Positions 62,704 through 64,000 of a stretch of 64,000 bases of DNA are shown here, in pieces. Positions within the stretch are counted from its first letter, which is position 1; each line of letters starts with the position of its first letter. This DNA comes from Squalus acanthias. Taxonomy: Eukaryota. The translations under genes were made by a program, and so were the position numbers. A model generated the notes under the pieces. It worked only from the letters and a program-made list of their open reading frames with translations. It searched no databases and was not told the origin of the DNA. Where the stretch lies: the NCBI GenBank assembly GCA_030390025.1, contig CM059432.1, forward strand, positions 136,898,001-136,962,000. Reading direction: 5' to 3'.

Positions 62704-63397
62704 GACAACTTGCATTTATATAGCGCCTTTAACACAGTAAAACGTCCCAGGGCGCTTCACAGGAGCAATTACCAAACAAAATTTGACTCTGAGCCACACG
62801 GTGGCATAGTGGTTAGCACTGGTGCCTCACAGTGCCAGGGGACCCGGGTTCGAATCTGACCTCGGGTGACTGTCTGTGTGGAGTTTGCACATTCTCCCCG
62901 TGTCTGCGTGGGTTTCCTCCGGGTGCTCCGGTTTCCTCCCACAGTCCAAAAATGTGCGGGTTAGGTTGATTTGGCTATGATAAATTGACCCTTAGTGTTA
63001 GGGGGGGATTAAATATGTGGGGTTATGGGGATAGGATGGGATATGTTAGGGGGAATTAAATACGTGGGGTTACGGGGATAGGGTGGGATAGGTGCAGGCT
63101 CGATGTGGGGATTCTGTGTGAGAAATCAGGGACAGGGTACTGGATTTGGATGATCAGCCATGATCGTATTGAATGGTGGAGCAGGCTCGACGGGCCGAAT
63201 GGCCTACTCCTGCTCCTAGTTTCTATGTTTCTATAAGGAGATATTAGGTGAGGAAAGAGGTAGGTTTTAAGAAGCGTCTTAAAGGAGGGGAGAGAGGTTG
63301 AGAGGCGGAGAGTTTTAGGGAGTAAATTCCAGAGCTTAGGACCCAGGCAGCTGAAGGCACGGCTGCCAGTTGTAGAGCGATGAAAATTGGGGATGCA
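62704..63397 (-). mobile_element. L2 3' fragment interrupted by a SINE at ~62796-63234
   Basis: gagccac | taaggagatattagg rejoin across the SINE. Confidence 0.82.
62796..63234 (+). mobile_element. HE1/V-SINE-like SINE, double-tail variant
   Basis: Same head and core as 35131-35444, an internal ~47-bp duplication and an added CR1-type 3' tail. Confidence 0.9.
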
Positions 63398-64000
63398 GCC
63401 GAAGTCTGGCTACGTGCAGCACCCACAGCCTGCTGCTGAAATTCTATGTTATTCAAAGGCCTGCACCTTTAATTACAACGCCCCCCACCCCACCCCAACG
63501 CAGTGCCCCTGTGCGCTCAACCAACATCGAATTCGGTAACCCTGTGATTTATGGTGTGGGTCAGCACGGGAGAAGATTGTTAGGCGGGAGTATCACCTGT
63601 GGGCATAACACAGACTCAAATGGTCCCCTGGACTTCCAGGGCCATTATCAATGTGTTACCTGTTTTCATTGCCTTATATCAAGGGGCTAAAAATACATCA
63701 TAATCACACATAAATCTCACCCGGCAGTAATGTTTGCACCAGAAATTATTTTACATGTTGTGACTGCAGAGATTCTTCGACACCGTAAGGAAACTATCAG
63801 CTTGCCAAGACCCCCGCTCAAAATGGCAATTAACACCCCAAAGGCTAACAAGGTCAAGTGCTGGGAGACGGGGTCTTTTTTGTGTCAATCCTTTTTGTAG
63901 ATAAGCAGCTGAAGGATGTGACACATGTTTTCGGAATCACAGCAGATGGTTCAGTCAGAGTCTCCTGGGCTCTTGCGAAGGGATTGTTTGCTCGTCTCTT

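Overview
Eukaryotic, repeat-dense, essentially non-genic DNA. The repeat set (HE1/V-SINE-like and DeuSINE-like tRNA SINEs, CR1 and L2 LINEs, Penelope-like ends, many Harbinger-type TIR elements) points to a cartilaginous fish, probably a shark. This is inferred from recognised repeat families, not from a search. Main structures: (1) a 31-bp satellite (~806-12576) split by a near-intact GC-rich Gypsy LTR retrotransposon with CsRn1-clade hallmarks (1022-6113, carrying a Harbinger-type MITE in one LTR), a CR1 and a SINE; (2) a 3.46-kb Harbinger element (31218-34679) whose spliced Myb/SANT gene is broken by a solo LTR related to that Gypsy; (3) a perfect 234-bp spacer-less palindrome made of Penelope-like ends with hammerhead ribozyme motifs and an 11-bp TSD (45516-45788); (4) a 3.4-kb G/T-only tract and a GAAG/GAATGCAT microsatellite. 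No intact host gene is recognisable. Two possible terminal exons and several enhancer-like unique stretches are flagged with low confidence. There is no CRISPR, rRNA or true tRNA gene. Most ORFs in the track are GC-rich or repeat artefacts.
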